This document shows positions 37,854-46,960 of a stretch of 64,000 nucleotides of DNA, piece by piece (position 1 is the first letter of the stretch; each line of letters begins with the position of its first letter). The stretch is from positions 3,639 to 67,638 of the forward strand of contig CACJKN010000002.1 in the NCBI GenBank assembly GCA_902594005.1. Direction: 5' to 3'. Position numbers and translations under genes: made by a program. The stretch comes from an uncultured SAR86 cluster bacterium (GTDB lineage: Bacteria > Pseudomonadota > Gammaproteobacteria > Magnimaribacterales > D2472). The notes beneath the pieces were generated by a model, which did not search any database, was not told the origin of the DNA, and saw only the letters and a list, made by a program, of their open reading frames with translations.

Positions 37854-39530
37854 TTAAAGCTCTTTTTCATAATTCACAAACATTTCACGTAACTGCGTTT
37901 TTGAGAATTTACCTGAACCAACTCGCGGCAATGGATTATCTTCAAAAACTACAAATGCAGGGATCTTAAACTTTGCCAATCTCTCAGCTAGGAAGGAATT
38001 TAACTCATCTTCATCTAGGTTTTTAGAGTCTTTAAGATGGATCGCAGCACAGAGTTTTTCACCAAGTCGCTCTTCAGGAATACCAAAAACACAAACCTCT
38101 GAGACAGATTCATGCTCATATATTGCTGCCTCTACCTCAATACAAGAAATATTTTCTCCACCTCTGATGACTAGATCCTTGACTCTATCAACTATGTGCA
38201 GAAATGGGCCATTAAAATACCCTAAATCACCAGACTTAAACCATCCTTCATCATTTAAAACTTCGTTTGTTGCTTCCTCATTTTTCCAATAGCCAGCCAT
38301 GTTTGCTGGGCTCTTAATAACAATTTCTCCAACTTCTCCTTCAGGCAATGAATTCCAATTAGAGTCAATAATATCTATATCGGTTAATGGAGGAACGACT
38401 CTTCCACAGCTTGAGGGATTTTGAAGATATTCATCACCGCCACCTATAGTTCCGATTGCATTAGTTTCAGTTAATCCATATCCAATAGAGGGTCTAGCTT
38501 TAAAAGCTTCATCAAGTTGTTTCACATGTTCTGGAGGTCTTGCAGCACCTCCTCCTGATAAGTCTTCAAGGTTGCTTAGATCATATTTATCTCTATCAGG
38601 ATGATTTAGAAGCTCCCAAGTTTGTGTCGGAACACCTGTAATATTTGTTATTTTTTCTTTTTCAAGAAGCTCAAGTGCTTCTTTTGCATCCCATTTTTTC
38701 ATCATAACTATCTTTCTACCAACCGGAATTGACATAAAGAAACCAACATGACTGCCGGTTACATGAAATAAAGGAACACAATGAAGAATTGATAGTTGCT
38801 TACCACTATTAACATCTAATCCATCACCATATAACTCAACCCTTATCTGAGAAATACATAACCATGAAAAGAAGCCTGAAATCATACTTTTATGAGTTAA
38901 TAAAACGCCTTTAGGGTTTCCAGTAGAACCTGATGTATAAAATATAGTTGCATTGTCTTCACCAGAAATATCTACTTCTGGCCATGAATCACTTTGATCT
39001 TTAATAAAATCATAGAAGTCTTGATGATCATTAGTTTCTGATCTCACTGAAACTTTTATTAAATCAAGATCATCCAGACCCACCAATCTTTTATCATCAG
39101 CAATTAGGAGCTTTGCCTCACTATTTTGTAGACCATATGTTACTTCTTTGGGAACCCACCATGAGTTTAGAGGAACCGCTACAGCTCCGATCCCAATAAT
39201 CCCCATCATAGCAATGATGTATTCAGGAGAATTGACCATGCAAATTGCTACTCTGTCTCCTTTTTGTATACCAGCAGCAATCAATGCGTTAGCAAGTTTT
39301 GCTGATTTATCGAATATTTCTTTGTATTCATATCGCTCATCATCATAGACAAGCCAATCTTTATCAGGATGAAGTAATCCAAAATCAAAAAACTTTCTTA
39401 AATTTTCTGGTATTGCTGGATTGCAAAACTCTCGGTAAGTTACGCCCTTATCATTAGTAACTTCTTTAAACTCAAAAATTTGACCAGGCTCTGTGTATTT
39501 CTTTACTGCTTCTGAGTATGCATCTGTCAT
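37854..39530 (-). CDS. AMP-dependent acyl-CoA synthetase/ligase
   Basis: AMP-binding motif IFYTSGSTGNPKGVLLTH, YGLTE and GDLGY blocks, C-terminal GKFSK. Confidence 0.8.
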   Translation of the reverse strand: MTDAYSEAVKKYTEPGQIFEFKEVTNDKGVTYREFCNPAIPENLRKFFDFGLLHPDKDWLVYDDERYEYKEIFDKSAKLANALIAAGIQKGDRVAICMVNSPEYIIAMMGIIGIGAVAVPLNSWWVPKEVTYGLQNSEAKLLIADDKRLVGLDDLDLIKVSVRSETNDHQDFYDFIKDQSDSWPEVDISGEDNATIFYTSGSTGNPKGVLLTHKSMISGFFSWLCISQIRVELYGDGLDVNSGKQLSILHCVPLFHVTGSHVGFFMSIPVGRKIVMMKKWDAKEALELLEKEKITNITGVPTQTWELLNHPDRDKYDLSNLEDLSGGGAARPPEHVKQLDEAFKARPSIGYGLTETNAIGTIGGGDEYLQNPSSCGRVVPPLTDIDIIDSNWNSLPEGEVGEIVIKSPANMAGYWKNEEATNEVLNDEGWFKSGDLGYFNGPFLHIVDRVKDLVIRGGENISCIEVEAAIYEHESVSEVCVFGIPEERLGEKLCAAIHLKDSKNLDEDELNSFLAERLAKFKIPAFVVFEDNPLPRVGSGKFSKTQLREMFVNYEKEL

Positions 39531-39607
39531 AAAATATCCCCTTTAGATGATCTTAAATTCTACTATGCTTTTGTGGAAAATAATATTATGTTTTAATAGT
39601 AAAAGTT

Positions 39608-41236
39608 ATGAGTTCTGGTAAATTACATTTTGCAAAAATTTGGGAGTCAAATGCAAAGCTTGTTGGTGACTCTCCAGCACTAATTAATGATTCACAAGTT
39701 GTCTCTTGGTCAGAGTATGAGTCACAGGCATCAAAGATTGCTAATTTCCTTCAAGAAAAAGGACTTAAACAGGATTCGAAAGTTGGAATATATTTACATA
39801 ACTGTAATGAGTTTCTTATTGCTCAGTTTGGTGTTTTTAAAATGGGCGGTTGCCCCATCAATGTTAACTATAGATATAAAGAAGATGAACTTGTTTATCT
39901 TTTAGATAACTCAGATACTGAAGCAGTTTTTTTTCATGGTTGTTACTCATCTCAAATTGATTTAATTAAAGATAAGCTTCCTCAAGTTAAAGCTTACATT
40001 CAAATTGATGATGGAACGGAGCCCTTAAATGATAATGCTGTCTTCTTTAATGAAATAATTAAAAATTTTGATCCGCTCCCACCTCAAGACAGATCGGAAG
40101 AAGAAATTTATATGTTGTATACAGGTGGTACAACCGGAATGCCTAAAGGTGTTATGTATAAGCAAGGTGGTTTTGTAACAAGTATGTTAAAGACTCTCAA
40201 AGCGATGGGTTTTGAAATGCCTGATGATATAGATCAACTACCTGAATATGTTGCAAAAATTAAAGAAGCAAACATGCTCCCAAAATCTCTGGTCGCTTGT
40301 CCTTTGATGCATGGAACTGGAATGTGGTTAGGAGCTTTTCTGCCGATGTTGACTGGTGGGTGTGTGGTATCTGTTCCAAATCTAAGTTTTGATGCTGATA
40401 AGTTGTGGGAAGAAGTCGAAAGATCCAAAATTTCTAGTATTGTAATTGTTGGTGATGCTTTTGCTAAGCCAATGTTAGAGTCTCTTAATAAAGCTAAAGA
40501 GGCTGGAAAACCGTACGATATTTCTTCTGTTATGTTAATAATTTCATCGGGAGTTATGTGGAGCAGTGAGGTTAAGAAGGCACTTCTTGAACATCATGAC
40601 ATGATGTTAATGGACACTATGGGTTCTACAGAGGGTGGCATGGGTGCATCAATAACTTCTAGAGCAATGCCAACAGAAACAGCTAAATTTAGATTAAATC
40701 CAGGAACAGTTATAGTTTCTGATGATGGCGAGGAAGTTGAGCCGGGTTCTGGAGTAATGGGTAAAATTGGAACGAGTGGATTAGTTCCTGAGGGATATTA
40801 TAAAGACCCTGTTAAGTCAGCTGAAACTTTTAAGGAATTCAATGGTGTTCGATACAGCTTCCCTGGTGATTATGCAACAATCAATGAAGATGGAACTATT
40901 AATCTTTTAGGCAGAGGAAGTAATTGCATTAACACTGCCGGTGAAAAAGTCTATCCAGAAGAGGTTGAGGAAGCTATTAAATTAAGCGAGAGTGTATATG
41001 ACTGTCTTGTTGTTGGATTAGATGATGAAAAATTTGGTCAGAGAGTAGTTGCAGTTGTTTCACTGAATAAAAATTCTGATATTTCGGAGCAGGATCTAAC
41101 TGATTTCACAAAAACTAAGATTTCTGGATATAAAGCTCCCAAAAACATACTATTTGTTGATGAAGTAAAAAGAGCTCCAAATGGAAAAGCAAACTATAAA
41201 TGGGCAAAAGCTGAAGCTATAGATAAGCTATCTTAA
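39608..41236 (+). CDS. AMP-dependent acyl-CoA synthetase/ligase (second, divergent)
   Basis: MLYTGGTTGMPKGVMY, GSTEG, GDYATINEDGTINLLGRGS, NGKANY. Confidence 0.8.
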   Translation: MSSGKLHFAKIWESNAKLVGDSPALINDSQVVSWSEYESQASKIANFLQEKGLKQDSKVGIYLHNCNEFLIAQFGVFKMGGCPINVNYRYKEDELVYLLDNSDTEAVFFHGCYSSQIDLIKDKLPQVKAYIQIDDGTEPLNDNAVFFNEIIKNFDPLPPQDRSEEEIYMLYTGGTTGMPKGVMYKQGGFVTSMLKTLKAMGFEMPDDIDQLPEYVAKIKEANMLPKSLVACPLMHGTGMWLGAFLPMLTGGCVVSVPNLSFDADKLWEEVERSKISSIVIVGDAFAKPMLESLNKAKEAGKPYDISSVMLIISSGVMWSSEVKKALLEHHDMMLMDTMGSTEGGMGASITSRAMPTETAKFRLNPGTVIVSDDGEEVEPGSGVMGKIGTSGLVPEGYYKDPVKSAETFKEFNGVRYSFPGDYATINEDGTINLLGRGSNCINTAGEKVYPEEVEEAIKLSESVYDCLVVGLDDEKFGQRVVAVVSLNKNSDISEQDLTDFTKTKISGYKAPKNILFVDEVKRAPNGKANYKWAKAEAIDKLS

Positions 41237-41796
41237 TGAAATCCTTTAAAAATAAGTTTCTATATTTTATAGAGAAGGTACCTGGTGACTTTTTTTCTAA
41301 TACATTAATATATTTGTGCGAACACGATAGTAATGGTGCTTTTGGCTTTATAGTAAATCAGCCTACTGATTTTACTGTTTCAAAATTTTTATCATCAATA
41401 GGTAGTAAATCTAATAATCATATAACTAGCTTTGAAAGACTTATGCGAGGAGGTCCAGTAGATCTAGATAAGGTTTTCATGCTGCATAACGATAGATCAA
41501 TCTCAAATGTGAATACTAGTCCTTTAACTGATAGGCTTTTTCTTACAAGTGCCCCAGAGGTAATTAACAGTGTAAATACTAATGCTGGGCCAAATAAATT
41601 TAAACTATTTCTTGGGTATTGTGGCTGGTCAGCAAATCAACTTGATTCTGAAATTAAGAATAATTCTTGGCATGTCATAGATGCAAATACTGATTTAATA
41701 TTTGATGAGCCTCCCCATAATCTGATTTCAGCAGTTTCTGAAGATTTAGGATATGACTTATCGAATATCTCTGGTGAAAGTAAAAAGGTTCATTGA
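41236..41796 (+). CDS. yqgE: YqgE/AlgH family protein (UPF0301)
   Basis: GAFGFIVNQP, GGPV and GYCGWSANQLDSEI are family hallmarks. Confidence 0.8.
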   Translation: MKSFKNKFLYFIEKVPGDFFSNTLIYLCEHDSNGAFGFIVNQPTDFTVSKFLSSIGSKSNNHITSFERLMRGGPVDLDKVFMLHNDRSISNVNTSPLTDRLFLTSAPEVINSVNTNAGPNKFKLFLGYCGWSANQLDSEIKNNSWHVIDANTDLIFDEPPHNLISAVSEDLGYDLSNISGESKKVH

Positions 41797-43487
41797 TGAA
41801 AATTATTAATAATTTGTTTCTTGCGCTTGTTTTAATATCCATACCTTCGCAATCGATTGCTTCTTATGCTCAATCAGATATCTCTTCAGATGGAGTGGTT
41901 GCAACTCAGCACTATCTAGCAACTGAAATAGGTGAAAATATATTAACTCAAGGCGGCAATGCCTATGATGCAGCTATAGCAGTTGGCTTCGCATTAGCAG
42001 TTGTTCTTCCAAGAGCTGGAAATATAGGTGGTGGTGGATTTATGGTCATTTATGATGAAGATTCAAACGACACCTATGCTATTGATTATCGTGAAAAGGC
42101 TCCTGCTGCATCTTTTAGAGACATGTATCTAGATGAAAATGGAGAATTTGATATTCTCAAGTCAACATTTGGATATAACGCAATTGGTGTTCCTGGGACA
42201 GTTCATGGTTTTTGGAGTGTTCATCAAAGATTTGGCTCTCTTCCATGGGCAGATCTAATTCAACCAGCAATCATTTTAGCTGAAAGAGGTTTTGTCATGT
42301 CCGATTATATGGCTCAGACCCTTAATAATTATTCTGAAAAAATGTCATATTATGACGAAACTCGAAATATATTTTTAAGAAACTACCCTAACCTAAAAGA
42401 TTCTAGGTTAATACAAAATGATCTGGCTAAAACATTAAAAAGAATACAAAAGGATGGCCTAAATGGATTCTATTCAGGAGAGACAGCTTCCTTAATCGCT
42501 GCTGATATGAAAGAAAATGGCGGGTTAATCACAGAGCAGGATCTTTTAGATTATAGATCCGTTTGGAGAGATCCCATTAAAGGAACTTACAGAGGAAAAA
42601 CAATAGTTACCATGCCTCCTCCCTCATCCGGCGGTATTCATCTTATTCAAATGCTTAATATTTTAGAAAATTTTGAACTAGATACTTATGAACACAATAG
42701 CTATCAATATGTATCTTTGCTTTCAGAAACAATGAAATATGCATATGCTGATAGATCTGAATATCTTGGAGATCCAGATTTTTTTGAAGTACCTATCTCT
42801 AAAATAACATCAAAGGAATATGCAAAAAAGATTTCTGCATCAATTAAAGAGTTAGGCGTCTTGCCCTCATCAAAAATTAATCCAGGAATGTATATAAATC
42901 CTGAATCTAATGAAACGACTCATTTCTCAATCGCTGACAAGTTTGGAAATGTTATATCTAATACCTACACCATAAATTCAGCTTTTGGATCAGGTGTTAC
43001 GATTAAGGGTACTGGAATACTAATGAATAATGAGATGGATGATTTTTCAGGACAGCCTGGTGTTCCAAATCAATTTGGATTATTGGGTGGTATTGCAAAT
43101 GAAATAGAGCCTGCCAAAAGACCTTTAAGCTCTATGACACCAACAATAGTTTTTGATAATGATGAGCCATTTCTAGCGATTGGCTCTCCTGGAGGCTCAA
43201 GGATTATTACTGCTGTTTTGCAAATTATTTTAAATGTTATTGATTTTGAGCAATCTTTAGAAGAGGCAACAGATAGTAAGAGAGTTCACCACCAATGGTA
43301 TCCTGATGATATTGATATAGAAGAAACCTATAACCAAATTAATGAATTAATTGATCTGGGTTATAAGATTGATATTATTGATACAGCTACATGCACACAA
43401 TCAATTATGATTGATGATGGTGAGTTTATTGGAGTTTCTGATTTAAGAAGGCCGGACTCTCTTGCATTGGGAGTTAAAAATGATTGA
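41793..43487 (+). CDS. ggt: Gamma-glutamyltranspeptidase, exported
   Basis: Signal peptide. GGNAYDAAIAVGFALAVV, autoprocessing/nucleophile Thr in ESNETTHFSIAD, GSPGGSRII. Confidence 0.9.
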   Translation: MMKIINNLFLALVLISIPSQSIASYAQSDISSDGVVATQHYLATEIGENILTQGGNAYDAAIAVGFALAVVLPRAGNIGGGGFMVIYDEDSNDTYAIDYREKAPAASFRDMYLDENGEFDILKSTFGYNAIGVPGTVHGFWSVHQRFGSLPWADLIQPAIILAERGFVMSDYMAQTLNNYSEKMSYYDETRNIFLRNYPNLKDSRLIQNDLAKTLKRIQKDGLNGFYSGETASLIAADMKENGGLITEQDLLDYRSVWRDPIKGTYRGKTIVTMPPPSSGGIHLIQMLNILENFELDTYEHNSYQYVSLLSETMKYAYADRSEYLGDPDFFEVPISKITSKEYAKKISASIKELGVLPSSKINPGMYINPESNETTHFSIADKFGNVISNTYTINSAFGSGVTIKGTGILMNNEMDDFSGQPGVPNQFGLLGGIANEIEPAKRPLSSMTPTIVFDNDEPFLAIGSPGGSRIITAVLQIILNVIDFEQSLEEATDSKRVHHQWYPDDIDIEETYNQINELIDLGYKIDIIDTATCTQSIMIDDGEFIGVSDLRRPDSLALGVKND

Positions 43488-43570
43488 TAAACTAATTGTG
43501 ATTTCTGTATATGCAGTACCAACAATACTTTTTTTAGTCTTTTGTTATTTCTTTACAAAAAGAAAGTAAA

Positions 43571-44305
43571 TTGTTTCTTATAGACTACTTAATATTTTTC
43601 TTTATTGGGGCTATTTTTGGAAGCTTTATATTCAGCTTTATCAATAGGCACTCATCTGAACTAGAATCAGCAAATGTATCGATTGTAAGTCCGCCCTCTT
43701 TTTGTCCTCAATGTAAAAAAACTCTTAAGCCTATTATGCTAATACCAATATTCAGCTATATATTTTTAAAAGGTAAATGTTGGTATTGCAAATCTGCAAT
43801 TAAGTCCTCCTATTTATTTTATGAAATATTGATTGGTGTTTTTTCAGTTGCTTTCTTTGTTGCATTCGAAGTCTCATGGGTTAGTATTTTAAAGTACATT
43901 GTTTGCTTATTAATCATCATGCAAATCCTTCTAGACTATAGATTTCTTTTGCTTTCAACGAATATAAGTATTTTGATAATACTTTTGGGGTTAGGTTTAG
44001 CATATCTAGATATAAAGGTCTCAATCATAGACTCGTTTATAGGTCTTTGTTTAGGTTACATCTCGTTGTGGCTAATTAATTTTATTTTTAAGATTATTAA
44101 GTCTAAAGATGGTATTGGTGGTGGTGACTTTATTTTTCTTGCAGCTCTTTGCTCTTTAATGGGCTACAAATTTATTGGACCAATAGTTCTTGGCGCATCA
44201 TTAATTTCTTTATTAATTTATTTAGTTTCAAATAAAGAAAAACAGCTTTTACCATTTGGTACCGGAATGGGGATAACCACATTATCTTTGATTTTCTTTT
44301 TATAA
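43571..44305 (+). CDS. pilD: Prepilin peptidase (A24 family; PilD/GspO)
   Basis: CPQCKKTL...CWYCKS zinc motif, catalytic-Asp context GIGGGDFIFLAA, polytopic. TTG start. Unlinked from the gsp cluster (about 8 kb away). Confidence 0.85.
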   Translation: MFLIDYLIFFFIGAIFGSFIFSFINRHSSELESANVSIVSPPSFCPQCKKTLKPIMLIPIFSYIFLKGKCWYCKSAIKSSYLFYEILIGVFSVAFFVAFEVSWVSILKYIVCLLIIMQILLDYRFLLLSTNISILIILLGLGLAYLDIKVSIIDSFIGLCLGYISLWLINFIFKIIKSKDGIGGGDFIFLAALCSLMGYKFIGPIVLGASLISLLIYLVSNKEKQLLPFGTGMGITTLSLIFFL

Positions 44306-44381
44306 ATTGAACTAATTCAAAAAATACGTGTCTATATAAGTGTTGACCGATTCCTCTTAATTTTTTCCCCAGGGGTCAACT

Positions 44382-44411
44382 AAAAGCGGGCCTTGGTCCG
44401 CTTTTGTTTTT
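44382..44411. terminator. Bidirectional intrinsic terminator between pilD and tRNA-Gly
   Basis: AAAAGCGGGCC-TTGG-TCCGCTTTTGTTTTT: GC-rich stem flanked by an A-run and a T-run, 2 nt from the tRNA 3' end. Confidence 0.65.
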
Positions 44412-44413
44412 AA

Positions 44414-44489
44414 TGGAGCGGGTGACGGGATTCGAACCCGTACCAATAGCTTGGAAGGCTATTGTGCTAGCCGTTAACACCACACCCGC
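44414..44489 (-). tRNA. tRNA-Gly (anticodon UCC)
   Basis: Hand fold of the reverse complement: acceptor GCGGGTG/CACCCGC, anticodon arm ATAGC-CTTCCAA-GCTAT, T arm ACGGG-TTCGAAT-CCCGT, CCA encoded. 76 nt. Confidence 0.9.
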
Positions 44490-44511
44490 ATAGAGAAAGG
44501 TATTATAAAAT

Positions 44512-44537
44512 AAAAAAGGGGCATAAGCCCCTTTTTT
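44512..44537 (-). terminator. Intrinsic terminator downstream of the secreted-paralog operon
   Basis: AAAAAAGGGGC-ATAA-GCCCCTTTTTT, 14 bp after the stop of the 44552-45334 gene. Confidence 0.7.
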
Positions 44538-44551
44538 AAATTAAGTAAATT

Positions 44552-45334
44552 CTAATTATGAGTGTTGTAAACCATATGAGCTTGATATGTATCAGCACCA
44601 GAACATGACTCAATATGCTTAGATCTTTCTTTTCTTATGCCAGAATCTTCAAGAAGATCAGAAAATTCTGCCCAAGAAGAAATCATATTCATTCTGCTTT
44701 CTGCATTATACCAATGCGTCATCATAAGAAAGTCCCAATCAGCTCCAGTCTGGTTACCTCGGTATGGTGTGAAAAAACTTACCCCATAACCATTCAGCCC
44801 AAAGTCTTTAGCTAATTTTTCTTGTTTAGCATAAAGAGCCTTAAGTTCAGCAACATTTGCATCCTCAGTAAGCTTGCACCTTCTCCAATCAGTAAAAAGT
44901 CGTTCATCCCTATCTTCCATAGGAATTCTAAGTCTAAGGACTGAATGAAATCTCATTGATACAGCACCCTTAGCACAATCTCCAACATTCTGGGGCGGTA
45001 CATCATTATCGCTTGCCCATTTTGGGTAATCATTCATGTATGCACCCCATTCCTTGTATTGATCTTGACCGCTAGGCCAATTTCCCCACATGACGTAGTC
45101 ATATTCAGCATCATTATCCCAAATTGGTAATAAATTGATCCTGTTATACTGTAGACCTTTTTCTTTTAGAAAATCTTCATAAGGAGCTTGCTCTACCAAA
45201 AGATCAGCATAGCTTTTGCCTTCATTAAAATTGCAAAAAAAGAATTCAGATCTATGAATGTACTGATCAGATGTTTCTGCAAATGCAGCTACACTACTGA
45301 ATAAAATTGTAAATGTAATAACTAAATTTCTCAT
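44552..45334 (-). CDS. Secreted protein of unknown function, paralog 1 (internally duplicated ~100-aa module)
   Basis: Signal peptide MRNLVITFTILFSSVAAFA. Module 1 SEFFFCNFNEGKSYADLL...MWGNWPS, module 2 WRRCKLTEDANVAELKALY...MMTHWYN. W/D-rich. Shares its architecture with the next two ORFs. Confidence 0.6.
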   Translation of the reverse strand: MRNLVITFTILFSSVAAFAETSDQYIHRSEFFFCNFNEGKSYADLLVEQAPYEDFLKEKGLQYNRINLLPIWDNDAEYDYVMWGNWPSGQDQYKEWGAYMNDYPKWASDNDVPPQNVGDCAKGAVSMRFHSVLRLRIPMEDRDERLFTDWRRCKLTEDANVAELKALYAKQEKLAKDFGLNGYGVSFFTPYRGNQTGADWDFLMMTHWYNAESRMNMISSWAEFSDLLEDSGIRKERSKHIESCSGADTYQAHMVYNTHN

Positions 45335-45335
45335 A

Positions 45336-46088
45336 TTAGTTAGGAACTCTCATTCCATACCCTATATATGAAGTTGTGTTTTTACATTCCCACCCTTGCA
45401 TATTTTGAGCAGCTTCGCTTCCTGCTAGCTTCTCCCAAAATCTATCAGCATTTACACCCATCTCTGAAATGCTTGATGTGTACATTAGTCTATGAAAGTC
45501 TGCATCAGAATTTGTTTCTGTTGTTGGAACTATAAGCTTTCTTCCAACAGTATCACCATTTTCTTTAGCAAATTTTGCAAAATCAACATATCCATCGTAG
45601 ACATTATTAAGGGTGACGCCCTCTTCAAGATAACATTCAGAATAGGCCGCATACATTACCATACCTGCTTCAAGTGCAGCTGGTTCTGATACCGTCCATT
45701 GCCATGTATCAACGACAGCAGTATTAGTAATTGGTATATCACTAAATAGATCTATGGCATCATCATCCGTTGCCCAATTTTCTAAAGCAGCAAATTGAGC
45801 TGTAGGAGTTGGCCAAGTATTAACCCACATAAAATCATGAGATGATAAGTCACTGCTGTATTGTGGCCTTAGAATTGCAACTGTCATTGAATCCCAAGTA
45901 TCGCCTTGATCATCAGTCCAATCAGCAAAATCATCATACCAATCCATTAAATCTTCAAGATCTTTGCCTTTGTTAAAAGTTCCAAAAAAATACTCAGCCT
46001 TATTAGAAACAGGCTCATATTTATTTTCAGATTCTTGAGCAAAAATATTAAAAGAAAATGCTAATGAAAAAATCATTAAATATTTCAT
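45336..46088 (-). CDS. Secreted protein of unknown function, paralog 2
   Basis: Signal peptide MKYLMIFSLAFSFNIFA. AEYFFGTFNKGKDLEDLMDWYDDF...MWVNTWPT aligns with paralog 1. C-terminal WECKNTTSYIGYGMRV matches the paralog 3 end. 1-bp gap to paralog 1. Confidence 0.6.
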   Translation of the reverse strand: MKYLMIFSLAFSFNIFAQESENKYEPVSNKAEYFFGTFNKGKDLEDLMDWYDDFADWTDDQGDTWDSMTVAILRPQYSSDLSSHDFMWVNTWPTPTAQFAALENWATDDDAIDLFSDIPITNTAVVDTWQWTVSEPAALEAGMVMYAAYSECYLEEGVTLNNVYDGYVDFAKFAKENGDTVGRKLIVPTTETNSDADFHRLMYTSSISEMGVNADRFWEKLAGSEAAQNMQGWECKNTTSYIGYGMRVPN

Positions 46089-46215
46089 AAATATCCTCCA
46101 AAAAAAATTATTTTGATGAGAAAGATCTCTCCCTTAGATGTTTCAAATCTCTAATAAAGATTGTTTCAAGAACAAAAGGAAAAATCAATATATAGTTAAA
46201 AAAAACACCTAAAAA

Positions 46216-46947
46216 CTAAAAGACTTTATAACCGATGTATGAATTTGAAGAGAAGCACTCAGATTGCTCAGAAAAAAGATCTTTTATTTCAATTGAATCT
46301 TCACTATCAATCCAGCTAGCGTAAAAATTATCTCTATCTATAGAGGAATTAAAAAAGTTATGCCAGTAGAAGTTCCTTGAACTAGAATCTGAGTTAAGAA
46401 AATCAGCTTTATAAGAAATACTATACTCATTCAATAGGTTATAAAAATAATCTGAAGCAACCTTAAACGTTCCAAAGTTTGAATCTGGGCCAAATTCACA
46501 ATCTAGAATTTCTAAGTAGAAAATATCATCTTGCTGATCTAACTTTGAAATTAATGTAGTTGCAACAAGATTATTATTTTTTTGCAGACACTGAAATATA
46601 TTGTTTTCAGAATTAATGAATAAGTTAAGATTCTCTTGATCAATAGATTCTTTATTTTTTACATTGATTATAAAATTTTTAATTTCATCATCTTGGCTGT
46701 CTGAAAAATAAAAATCTAATTGATATTCAAAACTATGATTCTTAAGTAGTTGAGAAAGTTTAGGAATGTATTGCTCAAGGTCATTTAAGTTATTATTTTG
46801 ACTTAAAGTACATTCATATTGAGAAATAAAGTAGTTTTGGTTTGGCTGCATTAATTCAGAGAGATTTTGTTGATTATCTGAGACTTCGTTGCTACATGAA
46901 GCAAGAAAAAATAGAGAAATTAAAAAATTTTTATACGGCATCATCAA
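46216..46947 (-). CDS. Lipoprotein of unknown function, paralog 3 (very AT-rich, N/D/S-rich)
   Basis: Lipobox LFFLASC. YFISQYECTL...NDLEQYIPKL and FYLEILDCEF... modules. C-terminal SECFSSNSYIGYKVF. Confidence 0.55.
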   Translation of the reverse strand: MMMPYKNFLISLFFLASCSNEVSDNQQNLSELMQPNQNYFISQYECTLSQNNNLNDLEQYIPKLSQLLKNHSFEYQLDFYFSDSQDDEIKNFIINVKNKESIDQENLNLFINSENNIFQCLQKNNNLVATTLISKLDQQDDIFYLEILDCEFGPDSNFGTFKVASDYFYNLLNEYSISYKADFLNSDSSSRNFYWHNFFNSSIDRDNFYASWIDSEDSIEIKDLFSEQSECFSSNSYIGYKVF

Positions 46948-46960
46948 CTATAATCAATAC

